DNA from: an uncultured delta proteobacterium
Lineage (GTDB): Bacteria > Desulfobacterota > Binatia > UBA9968
Assembly (NCBI GenBank): GCA_963745035.1
Contig: CAVUVW010000013.1
Coordinates: forward strand, 1,248,001 to 1,312,000
Direction: 5' to 3'
DNA: 64,000 bases
Part shown: piece by piece, positions 50,796 through 59,880 of the stretch
Numbering within the stretch: the stretch's first letter is position 1
How the letters are laid out: each line of letters opens with the position of its first letter
Program-made: the position numbers and the translations under genes
Notes under the pieces: generated by a model
Databases searched by the model: none
The model's input: only the letters and a program-made list of their open reading frames with translations
Told to the model about the DNA's origin: nothing

Positions 50796-51773
50796 CTATC
50801 GATAAAGTTTCTCGGCAAACCCAGATTTATGAATATCTTCAAGCAAGGATAGATCCGAAAAGTCGGTGACTTTAACTTCTTTCGCTTTGGGATGAATCCG
50901 TGCGATGAAGTCGAGAGTGAAGCGCACCGACTCCGGATCGGGACGTAAATTTTTTTCCACGCGCCCGGTGATTTCACTGTAAAAGAACTCAATGACCTTC
51001 GGATCGCGGGCGCCGAGGTAATCGGAAAATATCATGATAGTCTCCCGCTTGTTGGTGAGCAGGAAATGAATGCCTTCCATGTATCCCTTCAAGAATCGAA
51101 CAAGCTTATCTCTGTTGGCGGCTACAAAATCATTCTTGACGTTAATGCCGCCGGCGATGACCGGCGCATCGATTTTGGCGAGAAATTTCATGCCGCTCTC
51201 CCCGGCGACCATATCGTAGGGCGGAGTGATCATGGCGGCGATCACGAGTCCTTTCTCCAGGGCCGCCACCCGGGCGCTCGGGCTCCCTCCAATGGGCAAA
51301 AACTTGACCTCTTTTTCCGGATCGATGCCGTTGTCGAGGAGCAGCTTAGACAAGCGCAATTCCAGCGAACTGAATCCCTGGCTGCCGATACCGATAACCT
51401 TGCCTTTGAGCTGTTTAATCGAATCGACATTTTGTCGCGCCACGAGAGACGAGCCCAGCGAGTTGGTCGTCACGCCCAGGCGCAAGACATTGGCGCCTTT
51501 TAAATTGGCGAGGATGGTGGACGTGTCCGAGCCGATGACGACGTCCAAGCTACCGCTGAGCAACGTAGGTATGATGACGGCGCCTGACAACAAGATGAGC
51601 TCCACGTCGAGATCATACTTTTTCCAAAACCCTTTTTTTGCCGCGACCCAGGTGGGACTCAAGGCGGTCGCCAATGAAGGAAAGCCGACACGCAGTCTGT
51701 CGGCGCCCACGACGATCGCCGATGAACCCGCAAGGTAGCCGATGAGACAGATCGAGAAGAGCGCGCGCCGCAT
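50796..51773 (-). CDS. ABC-type substrate-binding protein, SsuA/THI5-like
   Basis: Signal peptide; WVAAKKGFWKKYDL, QLKGKVIG, RFLKGYMEG. Confidence 0.85.
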   Translation of the reverse strand: MRRALFSICLIGYLAGSSAIVVGADRLRVGFPSLATALSPTWVAAKKGFWKKYDLDVELILLSGAVIIPTLLSGSLDVVIGSDTSTILANLKGANVLRLGVTTNSLGSSLVARQNVDSIKQLKGKVIGIGSQGFSSLELRLSKLLLDNGIDPEKEVKFLPIGGSPSARVAALEKGLVIAAMITPPYDMVAGESGMKFLAKIDAPVIAGGINVKNDFVAANRDKLVRFLKGYMEGIHFLLTNKRETIMIFSDYLGARDPKVIEFFYSEITGRVEKNLRPDPESVRFTLDFIARIHPKAKEVKVTDFSDLSLLEDIHKSGFAEKLYR

Positions 51774-52093
51774 GACAATGGACCTTTTTTACTTTGAGGC
51801 TAAATTAGCGAAGATTCCTACTGCCGCCACGCAACCAATTCCGCCACCGATAACCTGAGCGCTTTCTCGGTTCTCTCCAAGGTTTCGAGAGTGACTCGAT
51901 GCTTCGCCACTTCGATGCGCGGCTCCAGATGACAAGTTGCTTATTATAGTCGTCATTCCGAGCGGAAGCGAGGAGTCTTTCTCGATTTAAGGGCTACGGC
52001 CGATTGCGAATGAAGCACTACCGACCGCGGAAGTTGCAAGAGCGCACGCTCGAAGGTAAGTTCTTAAACGCGAGACAGGACGCGCCGTCGGAC

Positions 52094-53575
52094 ATGAATA
52101 TCAAAATCGTTTTCAAAATAGTGTGGCTGCTGGCGAGCGCTGCGCTGATTTACAGCTGCGTCAGCGAGATTGTTCCGGCAACCGGAGAAAAGCGCTTTCT
52201 CGGGTATAGCTGGCAGCAGGAAACCGAGATCGGCAAGCAAGCGAGCAAGCAGATATCGGCGCTTTTTGGCGTTTACCGCGATCCCAAACTGCAACGCTAC
52301 GTCACCGACGTCGGCAACCGGGTTCTCGCCACCAGTCATCTCCGGCGGCCGGGCGCGGAAGAGCAGTTTCGCAACACTCCCGTCACCTTCGGCGTGCTCG
52401 ACAGTCCGGTGATCAACGCGATGGCGCTGCCGGGCGGCTATATTTACGTCACGCGCGGGATGCTCGCCCACCTCAGCAGCGAGGATCAGCTCGCCACCGT
52501 GCTCGCGCACGAGATCGGTCACGTCACCGCGCGCCACGCGGCGCGGCAGGCGTGGCAGCAGCAAATCGGCCAGGGCCTGCTTCTCGGCGGCGCGGCTCTC
52601 GGTCAGGGTTTCGGGCTGCCGGCTCAGGAGATTTTAAATCTTGGCGGCATGGCCGCGCAGCTGCTCTTTCTGCGCTACAGCCGCGAAGATGAATTGGAAG
52701 CGGACAAGCTGGGCGTCGAGTACAGCTCGGCGGCCGGCTACGACTCGCGCGAGGTCATCCCGTTTTTTCAGACTCTCAGCCGCATTCAAGAAAAGGAAGG
52801 TCAGGGCATGCCGAGCTTCCTCGCCACGCATCCCGACCCAGGAGCGCGCGTGCAGCGCATTCGCGAGTTGACCGGCGCAGCGCCCGCCCGGCGGCCGGAG
52901 CCTGCCGATGCGCGCTACATGAACACGATCGAAAATTTGGTCGTCGGCGAAGATCCGAGACAGGGCTTCGTCGAAGGCAACACGTTCTATCATCCGGATT
53001 TGCGCTTCCGCTTCCCCGTGCCGCGCGGCTTCAAAGTCGTCAATCAACCGACGCAAGTGGTGATGGTCGAGGGGCAGAACCGCGCGATGTTGGGCTTCGC
53101 CTCGACGGGTGAGAAATCTCTCGAAACCGCCGCTTCGAAGTTCATGAACCAGCAGGGCTTGCGCGTGGTCGAGCGCGGGCCGATGCGCTCCAACGGGCTG
53201 CCGGCGTACGCCGGGATCGCCGACGCCCAGATGCAAAACGGCCAGATCGTCAGACTGATCGTCTATTTCGTCGAGTTCCGCGGCAGCGTTTATCAATTCG
53301 TCGGCTACGCCGGCCAGCAGGCGTTCCAGGCCTATCGCGGCGCGTTTCTCCAAACCATGCAGGGATTCGGCGAAATTCAAGATGCGCGCATCTTGAGCCG
53401 CCAGCCGATCCGGCTGGGACTGCAATCCGTTTCGCGGTCGGCGCCGTTTCAGGACCTGATTCCCCGGAGCTTTCCCGCTCCGCTGACGGCCCAAGACGTG
53501 GCGATTTTGAATCAAGTGGAGCTCACCCAGCAAATCGGCCCGGGAAAAATCCTCAAAATCCCGGGGGCGCGCTGA
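52094..53575 (+). CDS. M48 family zinc metalloprotease, probable lipoprotein, with LysM-like C-terminus
   Basis: IYSC lipobox-like site; NAMALPGG, HEIGH, YSREDELEAD, THP; ILNQ...PGKILKIP. Confidence 0.88.
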   Translation: MNIKIVFKIVWLLASAALIYSCVSEIVPATGEKRFLGYSWQQETEIGKQASKQISALFGVYRDPKLQRYVTDVGNRVLATSHLRRPGAEEQFRNTPVTFGVLDSPVINAMALPGGYIYVTRGMLAHLSSEDQLATVLAHEIGHVTARHAARQAWQQQIGQGLLLGGAALGQGFGLPAQEILNLGGMAAQLLFLRYSREDELEADKLGVEYSSAAGYDSREVIPFFQTLSRIQEKEGQGMPSFLATHPDPGARVQRIRELTGAAPARRPEPADARYMNTIENLVVGEDPRQGFVEGNTFYHPDLRFRFPVPRGFKVVNQPTQVVMVEGQNRAMLGFASTGEKSLETAASKFMNQQGLRVVERGPMRSNGLPAYAGIADAQMQNGQIVRLIVYFVEFRGSVYQFVGYAGQQAFQAYRGAFLQTMQGFGEIQDARILSRQPIRLGLQSVSRSAPFQDLIPRSFPAPLTAQDVAILNQVELTQQIGPGKILKIPGAR

Positions 53576-53657
53576 AAGCTGCTTCACTCGCGAAAACCGG
53601 AGCAATCTTAACTCGCCCCAGCACCAGCTGGTGGTGAAAACGCGCGGCTCTTTGTGC

Positions 53658-54677
53658 TCAGGCCGCCGAATTCGAGCTCGCGCGCAATTTTTCACGCAGC
53701 CGGGGCAGCACGTGGCGCCCGTAGTTTTCCAAGAACGCGTTTTGATCCGGGTCTGCCGCGTGAAAAATAAGATGGTCGAAGCCAAGATCGACGTAACGCT
53801 GCGCGAGCTTGACGTGCTCCTCAGGATCGGCGGAAATGCAGACCGCCTGAGCAATCGTATCCGAGCCCACAACCTTGCCGTTCTGCTCCGACATCTCCGG
53901 AGTGTAAATTTTTTCAGTGAACAGCGCCGGTACGAACGTTCCCGCCCAGTATTTTTTCTTGTTCTCGATGGCTTTTTCCTGGTCGTCCGTGAACTCCACC
54001 GCGAGCTCGATCATCTTCGGTGCGCGGCCCCGCTCCCGGCCGGCGTCTTGAGCGCCGGCTTCGAAGTTCTCGAAAATTTGATGATAGGTCTCCGGCTCTT
54101 CTCCGCCGACGGTGATGAGACCGTCGCCATACCTGCCGGCAAAAGTCGCGCTCGCCGGGACCATCGTGGAGATGTAAAGCGGAATAGGTTCGCCGGGCAG
54201 CGTATAGAGCTTTGCCTGCCGCGTCTGATAATATTCCCCGCTGCGCGTGATTTTTTCTCCCGACCACAACGCCCGGATCAACTCAATCGCCTCGCCGAGT
54301 TGGCGGCGCCGAATGTTGTAATTCGGCCATCGACCGACGGCGGAGTACTCATTCAGCGCTTCACCGGTGCCCACGCCGAGAAAGAACCGTTTGGGCGCGA
54401 GCGCGGCGACCGTGGCCGCGGCTTGGGCGACGATGGCGGGGTGATATCTGAGGATCGGGCAAGTGACGCCGGTGCCAAGCGTTATTTTCTTGGTCTGCGC
54501 CGCGGCCGCGCCGAGCCACGTCCAGACAAAAGACGCTTGGCCGCATTCCGCCCAAGGATGAAAATGATCGCTGGCGTCGATGGAATCAAAGCCCGCTTCC
54601 TCGGCCGCGACCGCGTAATCCAGTAGTTTATCTGGCGAAAACTGCTCTGTCCCGGCTTTCCAACCTAGCCTTATCAT
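53658..54677 (-). CDS. LLM-class F420-dependent oxidoreductase (G6PDH/Fgd-like)
   Basis: EQFSP, SDHFHPW, GTGVTCP, RYHPAIVAQA, GVGTGEALNE; GGAGG RBS. Confidence 0.87.
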   Translation of the reverse strand: MIRLGWKAGTEQFSPDKLLDYAVAAEEAGFDSIDASDHFHPWAECGQASFVWTWLGAAAAQTKKITLGTGVTCPILRYHPAIVAQAAATVAALAPKRFFLGVGTGEALNEYSAVGRWPNYNIRRRQLGEAIELIRALWSGEKITRSGEYYQTRQAKLYTLPGEPIPLYISTMVPASATFAGRYGDGLITVGGEEPETYHQIFENFEAGAQDAGRERGRAPKMIELAVEFTDDQEKAIENKKKYWAGTFVPALFTEKIYTPEMSEQNGKVVGSDTIAQAVCISADPEEHVKLAQRYVDLGFDHLIFHAADPDQNAFLENYGRHVLPRLREKLRASSNSAA

Positions 54678-54976
54678 AGTCTCACCTCCATCGTGTTTTG
54701 TAGCGCGGCTGCCGACGATTTCACGCTGTACCGAATCTGCATACATTCCGGCCGCGGAGTTCAGATTTTGGGACGATCTACGGAAGAATTCCCGACGCAG
54801 CCGCCGGAGATCACAAAAAATGCAAGGCATGCGCCAGTGAGAATCGTTCCTACGTGTCTTCGCAAGCAGCCGGGCTTGAAGATGCGGGGAATTGAGAATT
54901 ATCGAAACAACGAAGCAGGCGCGGAACGACGCGCGCATTAATCGTTTGCCGGCAGAGCTACCCGAAACGCTACAAG

Positions 54977-55852
54977 TTAGAATTCCGCTACGGCGGGAAT
55001 GACGTCCTTGCCCATCATTTCGATGGGAGCGATCTCATGGTCGCCCGGCATGCTGACGATCAGATGCTGGATGCCGGCGGCGCTTACGTTGCGGCAGTAT
55101 TCGATTGTCTGGCGCGCACCGCTCTTGCCGACATCGATCCCGCCGATGGCGGTCCGTTCGATATCGTCGAAGCGCCTGCCGATCGCGTCGCAGTGGCGCC
55201 GCAGCACGTCAATCTTAGCGCGAACACTATCCAGGTTCTCGAACGCATACAGGTTGCACGCGTCGGCGTATTTGGCGACCAGCGCCAAAGTTTTCTTCTC
55301 GCCTTCGCCGCCGATCATGATCGGCGGGTGCGGCTGCGATATCGGCTGCGGCGAGTTGAGGGTTTCGGCCAATTGATAATATTTGCCGTTGAACGGCGCT
55401 ACCTTTCCCGACCACATCTGCAACGCGATCTGCAGCGTTTCCTCCAGTCTTTCGAAGCGCTCTTTCAAAGGCGGAAACGGCACGCCGAGGCCGGTCGCCT
55501 CGCGCTGGTACCACGCCGCGCCCACGCCAAAGTACGCGCGTCCTCCCGAGAGAACATCGAGGGTCGTCACCGTCTTGGCCAGAAGACCGGGATGCCGAAA
55601 GATCACGCCCGTGACGAGCGCGCCGAGGCGGATCTGCCGGGTGACCGCGGCCAAAAAATTTAACGCGCTGTAAGCTTCCAGCATCGGCTCTTCGGGCTTG
55701 CCGATCATTTCGATCTGATAGAAATGATCCATGACCCACAAACTCGTAAAGCCGGCCGCTTCCGCTGCCTGGCCGATGCGCGCCAGAGTCGGTCCGGTCC
55801 GTTCGACACCGCCGGGCCAAGTAAAAGACGGCACCTGTAGTCCAAGTTTCAT
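54977..55852 (-). CDS. LLM-class F420-dependent oxidoreductase (Rv1855c-like)
   Basis: WVMDHFYQI, PMLEAY, TLDVLSGGRA, IMIGGEGEKKTL, ADACN. Confidence 0.87.
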   Translation of the reverse strand: MKLGLQVPSFTWPGGVERTGPTLARIGQAAEAAGFTSLWVMDHFYQIEMIGKPEEPMLEAYSALNFLAAVTRQIRLGALVTGVIFRHPGLLAKTVTTLDVLSGGRAYFGVGAAWYQREATGLGVPFPPLKERFERLEETLQIALQMWSGKVAPFNGKYYQLAETLNSPQPISQPHPPIMIGGEGEKKTLALVAKYADACNLYAFENLDSVRAKIDVLRRHCDAIGRRFDDIERTAIGGIDVGKSGARQTIEYCRNVSAAGIQHLIVSMPGDHEIAPIEMMGKDVIPAVAEF

Positions 55853-56057
55853 GACGTCTCCCTCCGATCCGCCGTATCAAACAGTCTAGCAATTCCGGCG
55901 GCTGACCAAAGGCCCACGGGCGGCGTCAAGAAATCCGGATTTTGTCGATTATTTCAGAGAGTTGTGCGCGGATTGCCGAACAAAAGGAAAGACGCGGCAT
56001 GCGAGACGAAAGCGCATGGAGACAAAGTCTTCGAGCGAACTTTTGCCTTTTTAATTT

Positions 56058-57524
56058 TTACTTTCTCGTTTCCTCCACGTCGTAGCCGCCCAGGCAGCGA
56101 TCGACCAACGCTTCGGCCGCCGACCAGTCGAAGTTCCGGAATTCGCGTCCTTGGATCGCTGCCGGCTCGCCGGCGTAAAACATTTCGTATTGAAGGTGGC
56201 GTGAACCGAACTCCGACCCGAGCGCGTCCCACAAGAGCTTGAGTAACTTTACCCGCTCGCGGCCGCTCGCCTTCGGCCAGCGCACGTAGCGCTCGATGTC
56301 CGCCGCCGAGCCGGGCGCGCGCAGCTCCGCCACCGTCGCCGGCAGTTGGATGAGGCTCCCGCCCATGAGTCCGCGCATTTGATTGGCGAGCGCGGGATAC
56401 ATCGCCTGCTGGAAAACCTGGCTGGCGTAGAGCAAAGCGTCTTTGGGGCGCATCACGCCGAATCGATCGGGCGCCGCGGCGGCTTCGGCGCCGAGGATCA
56501 TGCCTTCGACAATCGAGACTCGGGTGGCGAGATCGCCCAATTGCGCCGCGGCGTCGCCGGTGGCCGCGCGCCCGCTCAAGTCCATGCAGCGTTTTATGAG
56601 TCCGACTAAAAACTGCAGCTTGGCCCAGGAGCGGATGTGCGACTGCGTGTTGCCCAGCACGTGCGCCGCCGTCACGCTGAACTGTCCCGCCGTCAATTCC
56701 AAATTTTTGTAAATAAAAACGTCCTCCCACGGCACGAAGACGTCGTCGAAGACAACCAGCGAATCGGTTTCGTCGAAGCGGCTGGAGAGCGGATAGTCGA
56801 ACATGCTCGTCGCGCCGAGGGCATAGGGACGCCGCGGATAGAGCTTGAGGCCGGGAGCGCCGTTGGGCACCACGCAGGAGATCGCGTAGTCTTCGTCGCC
56901 CGGCCGCAGCGGCAAGATCACGGTGACGAGAATGTAGTCTGACATCACCGAGCCCGTGCCCAGCATCTGCGCGCCCCGAATGACGATGCCGTTCTCACGC
57001 TCGGCGGCGACGCCGGCGTAGAGATAGGGCTCGGCTTGCTGGTGCGCCGGTTTGGCGCGATCGACGGTCGGATGAACGATGACGTAGCTCACATAAAGAT
57101 CTTCATCGGCCGCCTTTGCGGCAAAGCGCAGCAGGTTGTCGGCGAACTGTGCGCCGCCGCGCGCGTAAAACTCCGGCGAGCCCGCGAAGCCCGCGAAAAA
57201 CGACGCCACATGATCGGGGGAGCGGCCGAGAAAGCCGCAACTTGCGTCGGCCCAGAATTTTATTGCTCGCCGACGCGCGCTCAGATCTTCGCGCGAGCGC
57301 GGCACCAGCCAAGACTTATTGATAGGCCTACCGTCGCGCGGCGACGCATAGGTCATCAACTCACGATGGGCGGGATCTCGGGCGAGATCGTAGAGCTCGG
57401 CGATCGTTCGGATAGCGCCGGCGAAGGCCGGATGAGCGGTCACGTCCGCCACGCGCTCGCCGTTTAACAATACCGCGCGGCCATCGCGGAGCCCGCGCAC
57501 ATACTCTTCACCGCTCCGGACCAT
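56058..57524 (-). CDS. 4-hydroxyphenylacetate 3-monooxygenase-family oxygenase component (HpaB-like)
   Basis: GEEYVRGLRDGR, HPAF, GRSPD, DYPLSSRFDETD, SEFGSRHLQYEMFY. Confidence 0.9.
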   Translation of the reverse strand: MVRSGEEYVRGLRDGRAVLLNGERVADVTAHPAFAGAIRTIAELYDLARDPAHRELMTYASPRDGRPINKSWLVPRSREDLSARRRAIKFWADASCGFLGRSPDHVASFFAGFAGSPEFYARGGAQFADNLLRFAAKAADEDLYVSYVIVHPTVDRAKPAHQQAEPYLYAGVAAERENGIVIRGAQMLGTGSVMSDYILVTVILPLRPGDEDYAISCVVPNGAPGLKLYPRRPYALGATSMFDYPLSSRFDETDSLVVFDDVFVPWEDVFIYKNLELTAGQFSVTAAHVLGNTQSHIRSWAKLQFLVGLIKRCMDLSGRAATGDAAAQLGDLATRVSIVEGMILGAEAAAAPDRFGVMRPKDALLYASQVFQQAMYPALANQMRGLMGGSLIQLPATVAELRAPGSAADIERYVRWPKASGRERVKLLKLLWDALGSEFGSRHLQYEMFYAGEPAAIQGREFRNFDWSAAEALVDRCLGGYDVEETRK

Positions 57525-57646
57525 GTGGTTGTTGAAGCACTCCTTTCGCCGGCCAAGGCTTCACGATACCGAGCGCTAAAAACAAGAGGCGATTTTCCAA
57601 ACGATCTGCTCCATTCAAGCCGGCGCCTGGACCGCCGCGCTGCTTG

Positions 57647-58144
57647 CTACGGCGCGCCCTGGATTCCCTGACTCAACGGCCGCCGTGACAAATCGCGACC
57701 CATGCGCAGCGCCGCTTCGACTCCCTGGTAGTAGCCGGGAAGTTGAACGAGCGGGCGATAGCCCATGCGCGCGTAGAATTTCTGGGCGCCTTCATTGGCG
57801 GCGCGCACTTCGAGAGCGACGGCGAATGTTCCCGCAACCAAGGCGCATTCTTCGAGCCACCGAAGAAGCCGCCGTCCGACGCCGGCGCGGCGATACCGCG
57901 GAGCGACGGCGAGGAGGTCCAGATGCGCATCGTCCTCGCCGTAGCGCATGATAGCAAAGCCGGCGAGCTTCGCATCGACGCATGCGACCACGACATTGAC
58001 ATCGACGGCGCGAATGCTCGCCGTCACCCGCATCGGCGTCCACCGCCATTTCAGGCCATGCTCGATCAACTCGCGCGACATGCGGGCGATGACAGCGGCC
58101 TCTTCCGGACGTGCCAATCGCAACGATATATCCGCCCTCGTCAT
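57647..58144 (-). CDS. GNAT N-acetyltransferase (RimI-like)
   Basis: LAVAPRYRRAGVG, LEVRAANEGAQKFY, GYY. Confidence 0.85.
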   Translation of the reverse strand: MTRADISLRLARPEEAAVIARMSRELIEHGLKWRWTPMRVTASIRAVDVNVVVACVDAKLAGFAIMRYGEDDAHLDLLAVAPRYRRAGVGRRLLRWLEECALVAGTFAVALEVRAANEGAQKFYARMGYRPLVQLPGYYQGVEAALRMGRDLSRRPLSQGIQGAP

Positions 58145-58455
58145 GATCGCTCGTTGCCGTCGCTGCTTCTACTCGCGCCGCTTTTCATGTTTGCGAAGCT
58201 AAAAGATCTCTTCCAAAACTTTTCATACTTGAGATGGTCTTTCATGTCGGCATCGGCAGCATTGCGCTTCGGCGATAGCGCAATGTTCGCGTTAATCGAG
58301 AAGCAGAAAGATAGAGAATCTGTGAGGGCAAGCGCGCATGTGCCGAACGGTCAGGATTCCTTATATCATGGAGATCGTGGCAGAGGTAAGAACAATAAAT
58401 CGCCGGAATACGATGCCAGCTCCTACGGCTCGCTCGTGTGCTAAAGACGGAAAGG

Positions 58456-59034
58456 ATGGAGGCAAGCATGCTCATGCGATGTCTTTTTGCAGCGTTCATT
58501 GTCGCTCTGGTCCTATACAGCGCTCCGGCGCCGAGCGCCGCGGCGGCAGCGCCTTGTCCGGCGCTGCTCGATCATCAATTTTCTAATCTGATGGATGAGC
58601 CGCTATCTCTTTGCCGGCACGCCGGCAAAGTCGTGTTGATCGTGAACACCGCGAGCGAGTGCGGCTACACGCCGCAGTACGACGGACTGGAAAAGCTCTA
58701 CCGGCGGTATCGAGATCGGGGCTTTGTCGTGCTCGGCTTTCCGGCCAACGATTTCGGCGGCCAGGAGCCCGGGTCGAACAAGGAGATCGCCGAATTCTGC
58801 CGCGTCAATTACGGCATCACTTTTCCGGTGTTCGCGAAAACTTCCGTCGCGGGCCCGAACGCGAACCCGCTGTTTCGCGACCTTGCGGCAAAAACCGGCA
58901 AGGCGCCGCGCTGGAATTTTCATAAATATTTGCTCGATCGCGCCGGACGGCCGGCGGGTGTGTTCGACAGCGCGGTCGCGCCCGAGGACCGGCGGATTAC
59001 AACACAGATCGAAAAACTGCTCGTGGAGAAGTGA
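58456..59034 (+). CDS. Glutathione peroxidase family protein (Cys type) with signal peptide
   Basis: VNTASECGYTPQY, GFPANDFGGQEPG, WNFHKYL. Confidence 0.92.
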   Translation: MEASMLMRCLFAAFIVALVLYSAPAPSAAAAAPCPALLDHQFSNLMDEPLSLCRHAGKVVLIVNTASECGYTPQYDGLEKLYRRYRDRGFVVLGFPANDFGGQEPGSNKEIAEFCRVNYGITFPVFAKTSVAGPNANPLFRDLAAKTGKAPRWNFHKYLLDRAGRPAGVFDSAVAPEDRRITTQIEKLLVEK

Positions 59035-59093
59035 CGATTCGAAGGCTTGCCCGCAGGCAGCGAAAACTGCGGCGCGCCGCGGCCAACGGCGGC

Positions 59094-59696
59094 CTAACTC
59101 GCCTGCTGCTTCATGATTCTCAGGAGCTCTTCGAACGACGACTTGGCGATGACGCGATTGAACTGCGAGCGGTAGTTGTTCACCAGGCTGATGTTCTCCG
59201 CCACCACATCGTAGATTCGCCATTTCACGTCCACGCGGTGGAGCCGGTAAACAACCGAATACGTTTGATTGTTCTTGTCGATAATTCGTGAATCGACCTG
59301 CGCGTAGTTGCCGTCGATGCTCTCGCCGCTGTACACCACCTGCTGGCCGTCGTAGAGATCGATCTGGTCCGCGTAGGTCTTTTCCAGCAATGCCGTGAAC
59401 GTCGTGACGAATTCCTTGCGCTGCTCGGGCTTCAGCCGCCGCCAATTGGCGCCCAACGAGCGCATGGCCATCTCCTCAAAATCGAACAGCGGATAGACGA
59501 TCCGCCGCAACTGCTCGATCACCTGGCTTCGCTGCTTTTGATTGTCGAGCCTGGCATTCTTTATAATCTCGACGCCTTGATTCACCGCGCCGCGAATCGC
59601 TTCCGTCGGCTCGCCGGCGTAAGCCGGTGCGGCGCTGCCGGCCATCATCAATAAGGCCGTGAAAAAAAATACTGCAAGCCGAGTTTTCAGTTTCAT
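59094..59696 (-). CDS. MlaC/Ttg2D phospholipid-binding periplasmic protein
   Basis: FDFEEMAMRSLG, WRIYDVVAENISLVNNYRSQF. Confidence 0.9.
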   Translation of the reverse strand: MKLKTRLAVFFFTALLMMAGSAAPAYAGEPTEAIRGAVNQGVEIIKNARLDNQKQRSQVIEQLRRIVYPLFDFEEMAMRSLGANWRRLKPEQRKEFVTTFTALLEKTYADQIDLYDGQQVVYSGESIDGNYAQVDSRIIDKNNQTYSVVYRLHRVDVKWRIYDVVAENISLVNNYRSQFNRVIAKSSFEELLRIMKQQAS

Positions 59697-59880
59697 ACGA
59701 CGGCTATTCCTCCTCGTCCCCACCCAGGGTAAACTAAACTGCGCCGTAATCAATGAACGGAGCCATGTCAGCTCGATCTTTTCGGCGGCAAACTTGATCG
59801 CGGGTCGGATCGCTGGCCCGGATTATTCATCGGTCGAGGTAAAACCAGAACACTCCGCAGTTTACCCTCGAATATCCAAG

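Noticed and set aside
58456-59034. Selenocysteine in the glutathione peroxidase
   Set aside because: The active-site codon is TGC (Cys), not TGA.
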